Source: an uncultured virus (IMG/VR IMGVR_UViG_3300001765_000045)
Lineage: Duplodnaviria > Heunggongvirae > Uroviricota > Caudoviricetes
Reading direction: 5' to 3' (one strand)
IMG/VR virus record: IMGVR_UViG_3300001765_000045
DNA length: 64,000 bases
Position 1 is the stretch's first letter. Each line of letters opens with the position of its first letter. Of the stretch, positions 52,761 to 59,926 are shown piece by piece. The notes under the pieces are model-generated. The model saw only the letters and a program-made list of their open reading frames with translations, did no database searches and was not told where the DNA came from. The translations under genes were made by a program, and so were the position numbers.

Positions 52761-53087
52761 TCAATTTTCGGCAATTAGTTTTTTAGCCAGATCATACTGT
52801 CGATTACCTTTTTCAAATAACCGATACGCTTCTAATAAATCTCCTTTATCTCTGGTTTCTCTAGCTAGTTGATGTAATCTTTCACCTTCTTTCTTATATT
52901 CCTCAATGTCTATATTTTTTAACTTTACACGGCGGATTTCGGCTGTATCTTCTGATGTATACACGATATTTCCTTTATTAGATAAATTAAACAAAAAACT
53001 TTGTTTAATGAAAAATAGTGGATTTATGAATCTGTTTATTATGTTCTTCAAGTAATAATATTCTACGTGAATTAGGAAAATATTCAT
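52761..53087 (-). CDS. Hypothetical protein (start uncertain)
   Basis: Helical C-terminal half; the N-terminus overlaps the upstream gene. Confidence 0.45.
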   Translation of the reverse strand: MNIFLIHVEYYYLKNIINRFINPLFFIKQSFLFNLSNKGNIVYTSEDTAEIRRVKLKNIDIEEYKKEGERLHQLARETRDKGDLLEAYRLFEKGNRQYDLAKKLIAEN

Positions 53088-53340
53088 TAATTTCTTTTTT
53101 TATTATTTCAAGTACCCTATCTTTAAATTCAGGATCAACTATTTCTATTGATTTATTACGATTTCTGACAGCTGTTAAACAAATAGCTAATGTTTGTTTA
53201 TGAACATATTTTAAAACCAAACCATTTATACTTACAGCATATTTACAAATATACTCAGATTGTTCAGTTATGTTTTTTAAATTTTCCGGATTTTTTCTAA
53301 TAAGAAATTTTTGCCAGTTTATATTTAATATATCAGACAT
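53005..53340 (-). CDS. DUF4116-like repeat protein
   Basis: EQSEYICKYAVSINGLVLKYVHKQTLAICLTAV repeat; AAGGAG RBS. Confidence 0.65.
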   Translation of the reverse strand: MSDILNINWQKFLIRKNPENLKNITEQSEYICKYAVSINGLVLKYVHKQTLAICLTAVRNRNKSIEIVDPEFKDRVLEIIKKEINEYFPNSRRILLLEEHNKQIHKSTIFH

Positions 53341-53377
53341 TTATATCTCCTTTTAAAAACAATATATTAAAAAAAAT

Positions 53378-53417
53378 ACATATACATCTAGAACAATAAA
53401 GTCTAGATGTATATGTA
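53378..53417 (-). terminator. Terminator downstream of the tRNA cluster
   Basis: acatatacatctaga/tctagatgtatatgt inverted repeat with a U-tract on the minus strand. Confidence 0.7.
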
Positions 53418-53447
53418 ATGATAAATACTGTTTATTTATTATTTTAA

Positions 53448-53522
53448 TGGTGGGACTGGTTGGGGTCAAACCAACGACCAAAGGATTATGAGTCCTCTGC
53501 TCTATCACTGAGCTACAGTCCC
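53448..53522 (-). tRNA. tRNA(CAT), Ile2-like, with encoded CCA
   Basis: GGGACTG TA GCTC AGTGATA GAGC A GAGGA CTCATAA TCCTT TGGTC GTTGG TTTGACC CCAAC CAGTCCC A CCA. Confidence 0.85.
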
Positions 53523-53627
53523 GTTAAACTTATTATCAATTAAATATAAATACTGATTATACGCTATCAGTAAACGTGAACTTTTTTATCGCGAGGAAGG
53601 AGATTCATAGTATTTACAGAACTAATA

Positions 53628-53699
53628 CGGAACTGATTGGACTCGAACCAATGACCAAAGGATTATGTGTTCTCTGCTCTACCACTGAGCTACAGTCCC
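53628..53699 (-). tRNA. Variant or pseudo tRNA(CAT)
   Basis: Paralog with canonical D and T loops but A33, an A30-C40 mismatch, G73 and no CCA. Confidence 0.65.
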
Positions 53700-53707
53700 G
53701 TTAAAAC

Positions 53708-53962
53708 CTATCCAACTTGATTACTTAAATGTGGTAGTTGTTGGCTATCTCTAAGCGCTACAACATTCCCATTTTTCTTCGCCAACTCTGTATAGCAGTT
53801 GGTTTTAATCAGCTCTTTTAATCTTCCGATTGTGTCTTTATCGGAAGATACTATTAACTGTAGAGTTGATGTATTCTCTACTAGAGAATTTACTACGGCT
53901 AACTGCACAGATTCCTGTTTCGTTGTGTATGTTGCAGAAAAAATCCTGGTAAACCAGTTCAT
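53708..53962 (-). CDS. Hypothetical protein
   Basis: 84-aa ORF, AAGGA RBS. Confidence 0.6.
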   Translation of the reverse strand: MNWFTRIFSATYTTKQESVQLAVVNSLVENTSTLQLIVSSDKDTIGRLKELIKTNCYTELAKKNGNVVALRDSQQLPHLSNQVG

Positions 53963-53988
53963 AATAAATCCTTTATTTAAAATCTAAA

Positions 53989-54339
53989 TTAACCGTAGAC
54001 AATTTTACCTACCGGAGTTAAGATAATTCCAGATAGCCATCCAAATGAATCAGACTCACCCCGGATAACTTTATAACCGGATAAAGCCAAAATTTCGTGT
54101 GCCGCATAAGCAGGTATACCTTGTGGCGTTATTAATTCGGAGTCGGCCAAATTAATAATCTCGTTATACAGCCGGGTGAAATCATCGTCACTTTCATTAT
54201 CCGGTTGCACAACTAACCAATTATGTCTTAAATTATTCGAAACCATTTCGCCATTACTGGCCTTACTGTATTGAAGGATTAACTCTATTGGGAGTATAAC
54301 CAATTTATCCAAACACTCAATTATTTTTTCAGTCGACAT
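53989..54339 (-). CDS. Hypothetical protein
   Basis: C-terminal GESDSFGWLSGIILTPVGKIVYG motif; GGAG RBS. Confidence 0.7.
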   Translation of the reverse strand: MSTEKIIECLDKLVILPIELILQYSKASNGEMVSNNLRHNWLVVQPDNESDDDFTRLYNEIINLADSELITPQGIPAYAAHEILALSGYKVIRGESDSFGWLSGIILTPVGKIVYG

Positions 54340-54364
54340 ATATTACTCCGTTATCAATCTAAAT

Positions 54365-54730
54365 TTTTGCAACCCATAAAACACTGACAAATAATATATT
54401 TGCAATGCTCTACAGGTTGAATACTAAATATTATTCCGACAATGGCAATAATATACCAGTAACAGCTTGTAGTAACAGTAATAATCAGTTACTGTTACTA
54501 CCGTACAGTTACAAAGGTTGATGAGACCTTATACATACACTGTAAGTATAGTGATCATCTAGTAATTTGACCAGGAAACCCCCGATCCAACTACATTACC
54601 AGACTTGATTAGGTATTGACATTATTTTAAAAGAAGGCTCTTCGTTACACTCGGGTAACCCTGCTAGAACTAACCGGTTGAACTCTATTTACTCAAACCC
54701 GTGGCAGGATTTAACTTTGATTTGAGTACC
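54365..54730 (-). ncRNA. Candidate structured ncRNA downstream of tRNA-Leu
   Basis: ORF-free, raised GC, many stems (TACTCAAA/TTTGAGTA, TCTGGTAAT/ATTACTAGA, GTAGTAACAGTAA/TTACTGTTACTAC). Confidence 0.45.
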
Positions 54731-54776
54731 TATCTTTACAAATTATGTCTTTACCAAATTTACTAAAGTACATAGG

Positions 54777-54858
54777 TGGGGGTAATCGGACTCGAACCGA
54801 TATACCTTGCGGCGAGGGATTTTAAGTCCCTTGTGTCTACCTATTTCACCATACCCCC
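54777..54858 (-). tRNA. tRNA-Leu(TAA)
   Basis: GGGGGTA..AGGGA CTTAAAA TCCCT, long variable arm, ATCGG TTCGAGT CCGAT TACCCCC A; followed by CCT rather than CCA. Confidence 0.9.
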
Positions 54859-54888
54859 ACCTATACACTCTACATTTTTATTACTTTA

Positions 54889-54990
54889 AAAAAATAGCAA
54901 TGGAGGAAACAGTAAAAACTTTTTAAACTAATAAAAATATTTTTTACTTAGTCTAATATATCAATACTGTTTCCTCCATTGCTATTTTTT
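54889..54990. repeat. Long perfect inverted repeat between tRNA genes
   Basis: aaaaaatagcaatggaggaaacagta / tactgtttcctccattgctatttttt (26 bp). Confidence 0.85.
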
Positions 54991-54992
54991 AA

Positions 54993-55067
54993 TGGTGGGA
55001 CTGGTTGGGGTCAAACCAACGACCAAAGGATTATGAGTCCTCTGCTCTATCACTGAGCTACAGTCCC
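54993..55067 (-). tRNA. tRNA(CAT), Ile2-like, identical copy of 53448-53522
   Basis: Same 75-nt sequence including CCA. Confidence 0.85.
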
Positions 55068-55117
55068 GTTAAAACTTTTCCTACTCCATAGCATATATAT
55101 AGAACAGGAAAAAATAC

Positions 55118-55498
55118 TTAGTAATATTTTGCTGCGATATACGCCAGAACGTCCACCACTTCAGTGGTGACGTACATCACATTAAACACAGCGAAACCAG
55201 GTGACAACGGCCTGGTTTCACTCACTGTGTTTCCGACGACGCAGTAAGTTTCCTCGTTGCGGAAAACTACACAGACTTTAAAATCAAACTCCAGATTGTG
55301 TAGTACTCCCAGTTTTACTGCTGCGACAGTCTCACGCATGAAAATGTTAATATCTTTACGTGTGAAGAGATATTCTGCTGCAGGGGAAATCTCACCTGTT
55401 TCCACGGAGACATTTTTCAATGCCTCTTTTATCAGTGAATTCAATATGTTTTGCCGTAGTTTTAACTCTGCGGACGATGACATGTCATTGATAAACAT
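55118..55498 (-). CDS. Hypothetical protein (GC above background)
   Basis: ATG 55498 is correctly spaced from the AGGAG of leader copy E. Confidence 0.7.
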   Translation of the reverse strand: MFINDMSSSAELKLRQNILNSLIKEALKNVSVETGEISPAAEYLFTRKDINIFMRETVAAVKLGVLHNLEFDFKVCVVFRNEETYCVVGNTVSETRPLSPGFAVFNVMYVTTEVVDVLAYIAAKYY

Positions 55499-55590
55499 TA
55501 TGATACTCCTGAACAATCAGCTTCGTTACCATTAACGATTAACTCCTGTTCTCATTTATAGTATATAGAGATACTTTTCTATTGAAAAGG
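55499..55590 (-). promoter_or_regulatory. Promoter + stem-loop leader + RBS module, copy E
   Basis: TATATACTATAAATGA-GAACA..TCGTTA-ATGG-TAACGA..TGTTC-AGGAG. Confidence 0.78.
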
Positions 55591-55602
55591 TTTTTTGTTA
55601 AA

Positions 55603-55794
55603 TTAAATACCGGCTGGCGTCCAGGTAGTTTTCTCTTTATTCCAGCTATATGGTACTTCTTTATCAGCCTCTGAATACCATGATAAATCTTTAATCTTTG
55701 ATTCATCGTGACCGGCATTTCTAAACGCTGTTTCTATATCTGCACCAACCACTGTTTCTTTAGTACCATTTTCCCAATACAGTGTAAATGACAT
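55603..55794 (-). CDS. Small hypothetical protein
   Basis: FTLYWENG..VVGADIETAFRNAG; AGGA RBS. Confidence 0.65.
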   Translation of the reverse strand: MSFTLYWENGTKETVVGADIETAFRNAGHDESKIKDLSWYSEADKEVPYSWNKEKTTWTPAGI

Positions 55795-55865
55795 TTTAAG
55801 TCCTATGAATATGTTATATAAAAATTAAACTACTATATTCCATTAAAAATATATGTGGCTAACAT

Positions 55866-56051
55866 TTATTTAGAAAAGGTTTTAAGGCGTTTAGAACTGT
55901 ATTGCAACCTACCCATACCTCTTGAATGAGCTATTGATATGCCAGCTTTTTGATCAGGTGGTGTATATAGTAGACCTGGACCAAATTCAACTCTACAACA
56001 TTTTTCTTTTTCAAGTATAGATTTTACTTCCAGCGATTTTTTATCATTCAT
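55866..56051 (-). CDS. Small hypothetical protein
   Basis: 61-aa ORF, AAGGA RBS. Confidence 0.5.
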   Translation of the reverse strand: MNDKKSLEVKSILEKEKCCRVEFGPGLLYTPPDQKAGISIAHSRGMGRLQYSSKRLKTFSK

Positions 56052-56061
56052 GATATTTTCC

Positions 56062-57174
56062 TTAAGACGTTATTTTATTTCCTTGTTGAATCCAGCTGTC
56101 TGATACAAGTTTATGAACTTTAACATATCCTGTTATACTATTACCACCATATGCACCTGATACCAGAATATCACCTGTGGAATTAATAGAAACTAAGTTA
56201 CCAAAATGTTCACCTATATGTTCACCGTGTATTTCTTTACCCTCTTCTAACCAAATACCTGATATATATTTATAAACTTTAACATAACCGGTTTGATTAT
56301 CAGCATTATATGCTCCTATAACTACAACATTACCAATGGAATTAATAGATATAGAATAACCAAAGAAATCTGTACTAATATTTCCAGTTATTTTATTACC
56401 TAATAAAAACCAGTCTCCTGAATTAAATTTATAGACTTTAACATAACCTTTTGCAGTATCAGAACCATATGAACCAATAGCAATGATATCACCAGAGCTA
56501 TTAATAGAAACTGAAACACCAAAGAAATCATATTCAACATCTCCAGGTAATTTGTTTCCTTGTTGTATCCATATATCATTTATTAATTTATAAACCTTAA
56601 CATAACCAGTCCAATTATTAGCATAAAATGCCCCTATGGCAATAATATTACCTTTATCATTGATAGATACTGAATGACCAAAATGTTCACTACTATGTTC
56701 ACCTGTTAATGTATCACCTTTTTGTATCCATAACCCTATTTTATATTTATAAACTTTAACATATCCTTTATAATTATCAGAACCATGTGCACTTATTACA
56801 ATAGTATCACCTATATCGTTGATAGATATTGAAAAACCGAAAATATCACTAATAAAATTCCCTGTTATTTTATTACCTAATAAAAACCAGTCTCCTGAAT
56901 TAAATTTATAGACTTTAACATAACCTATAGTATTATCAGCGTATGGTGAACTTATTGCTATAATATCGCCAGTAAAATTAATATCTAACGAATAACCAAA
57001 TACATCATCAATAGATTCTCCTGATATTTTATTACCGTACTGAACCCATGTGTCAGATATAAGTTTGTAGACTTTAACATAACCTGTAGAGTTATTAGCT
57101 TCAGGAGCACTAACTACAATAGTATCACTTGCACCATTGATAGATACCGAAAACCCAAAAAGATCTTTAGTCAT
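56062..57174 (-). CDS. FG-GAP repeat 7-bladed beta-propeller protein
   Basis: Seven ~53-aa repeats FG.SVSIN..GD.I.IGA......GYVKVYK....W.Q.G. Confidence 0.85.
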   Translation of the reverse strand: MTKDLFGFSVSINGASDTIVVSAPEANNSTGYVKVYKLISDTWVQYGNKISGESIDDVFGYSLDINFTGDIIAISSPYADNTIGYVKVYKFNSGDWFLLGNKITGNFISDIFGFSISINDIGDTIVISAHGSDNYKGYVKVYKYKIGLWIQKGDTLTGEHSSEHFGHSVSINDKGNIIAIGAFYANNWTGYVKVYKLINDIWIQQGNKLPGDVEYDFFGVSVSINSSGDIIAIGSYGSDTAKGYVKVYKFNSGDWFLLGNKITGNISTDFFGYSISINSIGNVVVIGAYNADNQTGYVKVYKYISGIWLEEGKEIHGEHIGEHFGNLVSINSTGDILVSGAYGGNSITGYVKVHKLVSDSWIQQGNKITS

Positions 57175-57248
57175 AATTTCACCCGTATTATTAACTATTT
57201 AATAAAAAAAAATAATGGAACACCTGTTAAAGTGTTCCATTTGATTAA

Positions 57249-57364
57249 CTGAAGAGGCATTGGTGCGGTGCTTGGATGGTATAACCAACATACTTATGGT
57301 TAATACTTTGTTTAACTCTAACAAAAGTATGTTAGTCGCAAGCACCGCACCAATGCTTCTTCAG
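57249..57364. repeat. GC-rich long inverted repeat (26 bp, 1 mismatch)
   Basis: ctgaagaggcattggtgcggtgcttg / caagcaccgcaccaatgcttcttcag. Confidence 0.85.
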
Positions 57365-57372
57365 AACATAAA

Positions 57373-57597
57373 CTAACTGTTCCGGATGATCCGGAACATC
57401 AGGTATAAGTTTAGCACTGGGGTTAGTGCTATCCCCATAACTGTTGTGAATGATAACATACTTACCATCCATGTATGGTAAGTATATTTACTTATGATAG
57501 AATCTAAACCGTCTATGCGGAACATCATGTCCGCGAAGACATACCCCGCTGGGGTTAAATATACTATAATGATTAATGCTATCAAAAATTCATTCAT
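57373..57597 (-). CDS. Small membrane protein
   Basis: Two hydrophobic segments, TPVLN motif; behind leader copy F. Confidence 0.7.
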   Translation of the reverse strand: MNEFLIALIIIVYLTPAGYVFADMMFRIDGLDSIISKYTYHTWMVSMLSFTTVMGIALTPVLNLYLMFRIIRNS

Positions 57598-57691
57598 GAT
57601 ATTTCTCCTGAATAGATTAGCTTCGTTACCATTAATGAATTACTAACTACTCTCACTTATAGTATATATGATCAACCTCTTATTGAAAAGG
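57598..57691 (-). promoter_or_regulatory. Promoter + stem-loop leader + RBS module, copy F
   Basis: TATATACTATAAGTGA-GAGTAGTTAG..TTCATTA-ATGG-TAACGAA-GCTAATCTATTC-AGGAG. Confidence 0.8.
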
Positions 57692-57698
57692 TTTTTAA

Positions 57699-57947
57699 TT
57701 ATTGGAAATCTTGTGTATTTCTCTTTAATAAATCTATTGATAAAACAATATTTAATAATGGTATTAATGATACATATAATACAAGTGAAAATGATGTAAT
57801 TTTCGATATAAATCTTGTATTTTTGTTTTTACATGTGTCTATTTCTAATACTTTTGATATACTACAATCAAATACATATAATGCCGGTAAGATATAAAAT
57901 AAAAATATCAGTAAAAATATAGAAAATGCATATAATTCTTCACCCAC
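57699..57947 (-). CDS. Small membrane protein, paralog-like to 57373..57597
   Basis: Y.LPALYVFD..IPLLN versus YLTPAGYVFAD..TPVLN; AGGAG RBS, GTG start. Confidence 0.65.
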   Translation of the reverse strand: MGEELYAFSIFLLIFLFYILPALYVFDCSISKVLEIDTCKNKNTRFISKITSFSLVLYVSLIPLLNIVLSIDLLKRNTQDFQ

Positions 57948-57970
57948 AATTAACTCCTAAAAAATAAAAA

Positions 57971-58042
57971 TATATCTAACCGGATTTGAATAGATAACAT
58001 CATCTAAAAATAGATGTGCTCTTTTAACTGAGCTATAGATGC
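57971..58042 (-). ncRNA. tRNA-like element, second copy of 34020-34090
   Basis: ATCTA-TA-GCTC-AGTTAAAA-GAGC-A-CATCT-ATTTTT-AGATG-ATGTT-ATCTA-TTCAAAT-CCGGT-TAGAT. Confidence 0.55.
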
Positions 58043-58157
58043 TCACTTATAGTATATATAAACACCTTTCTATTGAAAAGGTGTTTATATATAATTTAAA
58101 TTAAAAAAATATACATCTAAGCTGATAAAGCTTAGATGTATATAAACTTACATATAT

Positions 58158-58650
58158 TTCCCAAAATGGGTATCCCCTAAACCAAGGGGACCACTACAGT
58201 TTTCACTGCCTTGAGCATCCACCCCCGTAGTCATCAAGTTTGTGGTCTTATCTCTTTTACCATATAAGTTCAGCTTATACGGTACTTCTCATTGAGATTA
58301 TACTTTCTAACAAATTCAGGATCGCACAGTTTCCCTGGTCTTGGTGTATAACAATAAGTTATACTTTAAGATGGCATAAATGTTAAAATAGCTCAGTATA
58401 GACATATATCATATTAATATAATATTGATAATTAGTTTTTACTGATTTTGAGAAGATACTGACAGTATCCTACCTTTTTTAAAGGTAACAGGTATTAGTC
58501 CTGCTTCTTTACGATGGATAAACTGTCTACCGTCTTTCGATTACAATATTATGCCTTGGAGAGTTCGTCTTACTAATGATTCATATAAGATTTTAAAATC
58601 TTATATCTCCAACTGACTACTACTGTATTTTTCGGTATCGGGTCTACATT
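58158..58650 (-). ncRNA. Candidate large multi-branched ncRNA (about 490 nt)
   Basis: No ORF; more than 10 local hairpins, nested long-range helices, GAAA-capped stems on the minus strand; terminator at 58109-58142. Confidence 0.55.
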
Positions 58651-58682
58651 ATATAAGATGTTTAAGAAAAAAAATAACAACC

Positions 58683-59810
58683 TTAAATATCTATTATACT
58701 AAATATTTTTAACGTCCATTTATCTAGTATAAGTGCATATACTTCAATATATCCAGTCGCATCCTTAAAATTATAAGCACCTACTGCAATAATATCACCT
58801 GAACTATTAATACCTGTTGAATTACCAAAACGCACATATTCATTTTCACCTATTAATGTATTACCATATTGTGCCCAGTCATCTAATTCATATTTAAATA
58901 TTGACACATAACCAGATTGGGTATAAGCATTATCTGCACCTATTATAACAATGTCACCAGTAGAATTAATATCTACTGATATACCAAAATTTTCTTTATT
59001 AAAATTACCTTCTAATTTAGTACCTATTTGTGTCCAAACATCTGAAATATATTTATATATTACTGCATAGCCTCTATAATTATTAGCACCATATGCTCCT
59101 ATAACTATAATATCGCCTGAACTATTTATAGATACTGACCGACCGAAATGTTCATTCTCAGATTCTCCTAATAATGTAACACCTTGTTGAACCCATTTAT
59201 TATTTATACACTTTAATACTTTAACATAACCTTTATAATTATCAGCGGCATAAGCCCCTATTATAACAGTATCACCTTTACTATTAATATCTACTGAATG
59301 ACCAAAATAATCATTGATAGATTCACTTATTATGATATTTCCTTGTAATACCCAATCGATTTTTTTAAATTTATATACTTTAGTAAAACCTGATTTACTA
59401 TCTAAACCTATTACAACTGTATCACCTATACTATTAATAGCTAAAGTAGAAGAAAAAAATTTTCGGGTAGATTCACTTAATATTGTACTACCTTGTTGAA
59501 CCCAATTTTTTAACATATATTTATAAATCTTGACATAACTGGTATTATCATTAATAGAACATGCTCCTATAGCTATAATATTACCTGGACCATTAATGGA
59601 TACTGATATACCAAACTTATCTCCCCATTTTTCACCTATTAATGTATCACCATACTGTTTCCATAGACCTGATATAAATTTATAAACTTTAGCATACCCT
59701 GTATAATTATAATCTCCATAAGCCCCTATTATAACAGTGTCACCTTTACTATTAATATCTATTGAATAACCAAAATATTCGTGTGCTGAAATTCCTGTCA
59801 TTAAATTCAA
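58683..59810 (-). CDS. FG-GAP repeat 7-bladed beta-propeller protein
   Basis: Seven repeats of the same consensus; TTG start after AAGGAG. Confidence 0.85.
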   Translation of the reverse strand: MNLMTGISAHEYFGYSIDINSKGDTVIIGAYGDYNYTGYAKVYKFISGLWKQYGDTLIGEKWGDKFGISVSINGPGNIIAIGACSINDNTSYVKIYKYMLKNWVQQGSTILSESTRKFFSSTLAINSIGDTVVIGLDSKSGFTKVYKFKKIDWVLQGNIIISESINDYFGHSVDINSKGDTVIIGAYAADNYKGYVKVLKCINNKWVQQGVTLLGESENEHFGRSVSINSSGDIIVIGAYGANNYRGYAVIYKYISDVWTQIGTKLEGNFNKENFGISVDINSTGDIVIIGADNAYTQSGYVSIFKYELDDWAQYGNTLIGENEYVRFGNSTGINSSGDIIAVGAYNFKDATGYIEVYALILDKWTLKIFSIIDI

Positions 59811-59926
59811 AATCTACTCCTTGATTTATTTACATATGGTAATACAAAATTCTCCAAATTATTAAAAAAAATTAATAACTACTAATAGTTATTAATTTTA
59901 AATCAATGTGATTTTTAATAATTTTT

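Noticed and set aside
53448..53522. Initiator tRNA-fMet assignment
   Set aside because: No C1-A72 mismatch and no three consecutive G-C pairs in the anticodon stem; elongator Met is not fully excluded
54655..54730. tRNA-associated HDV-like (theta) ribozyme
   Set aside because: Does not abut the tRNA 3' end, and I could not find a P2 partner or a canonical L3/J4-2 arrangement
58203..58225. Resemblance of GGTGGATGC..GGCAGT to the 5' end of 23S rRNA
   Set aside because: Match is only about 20 nt with no flanking rRNA similarity
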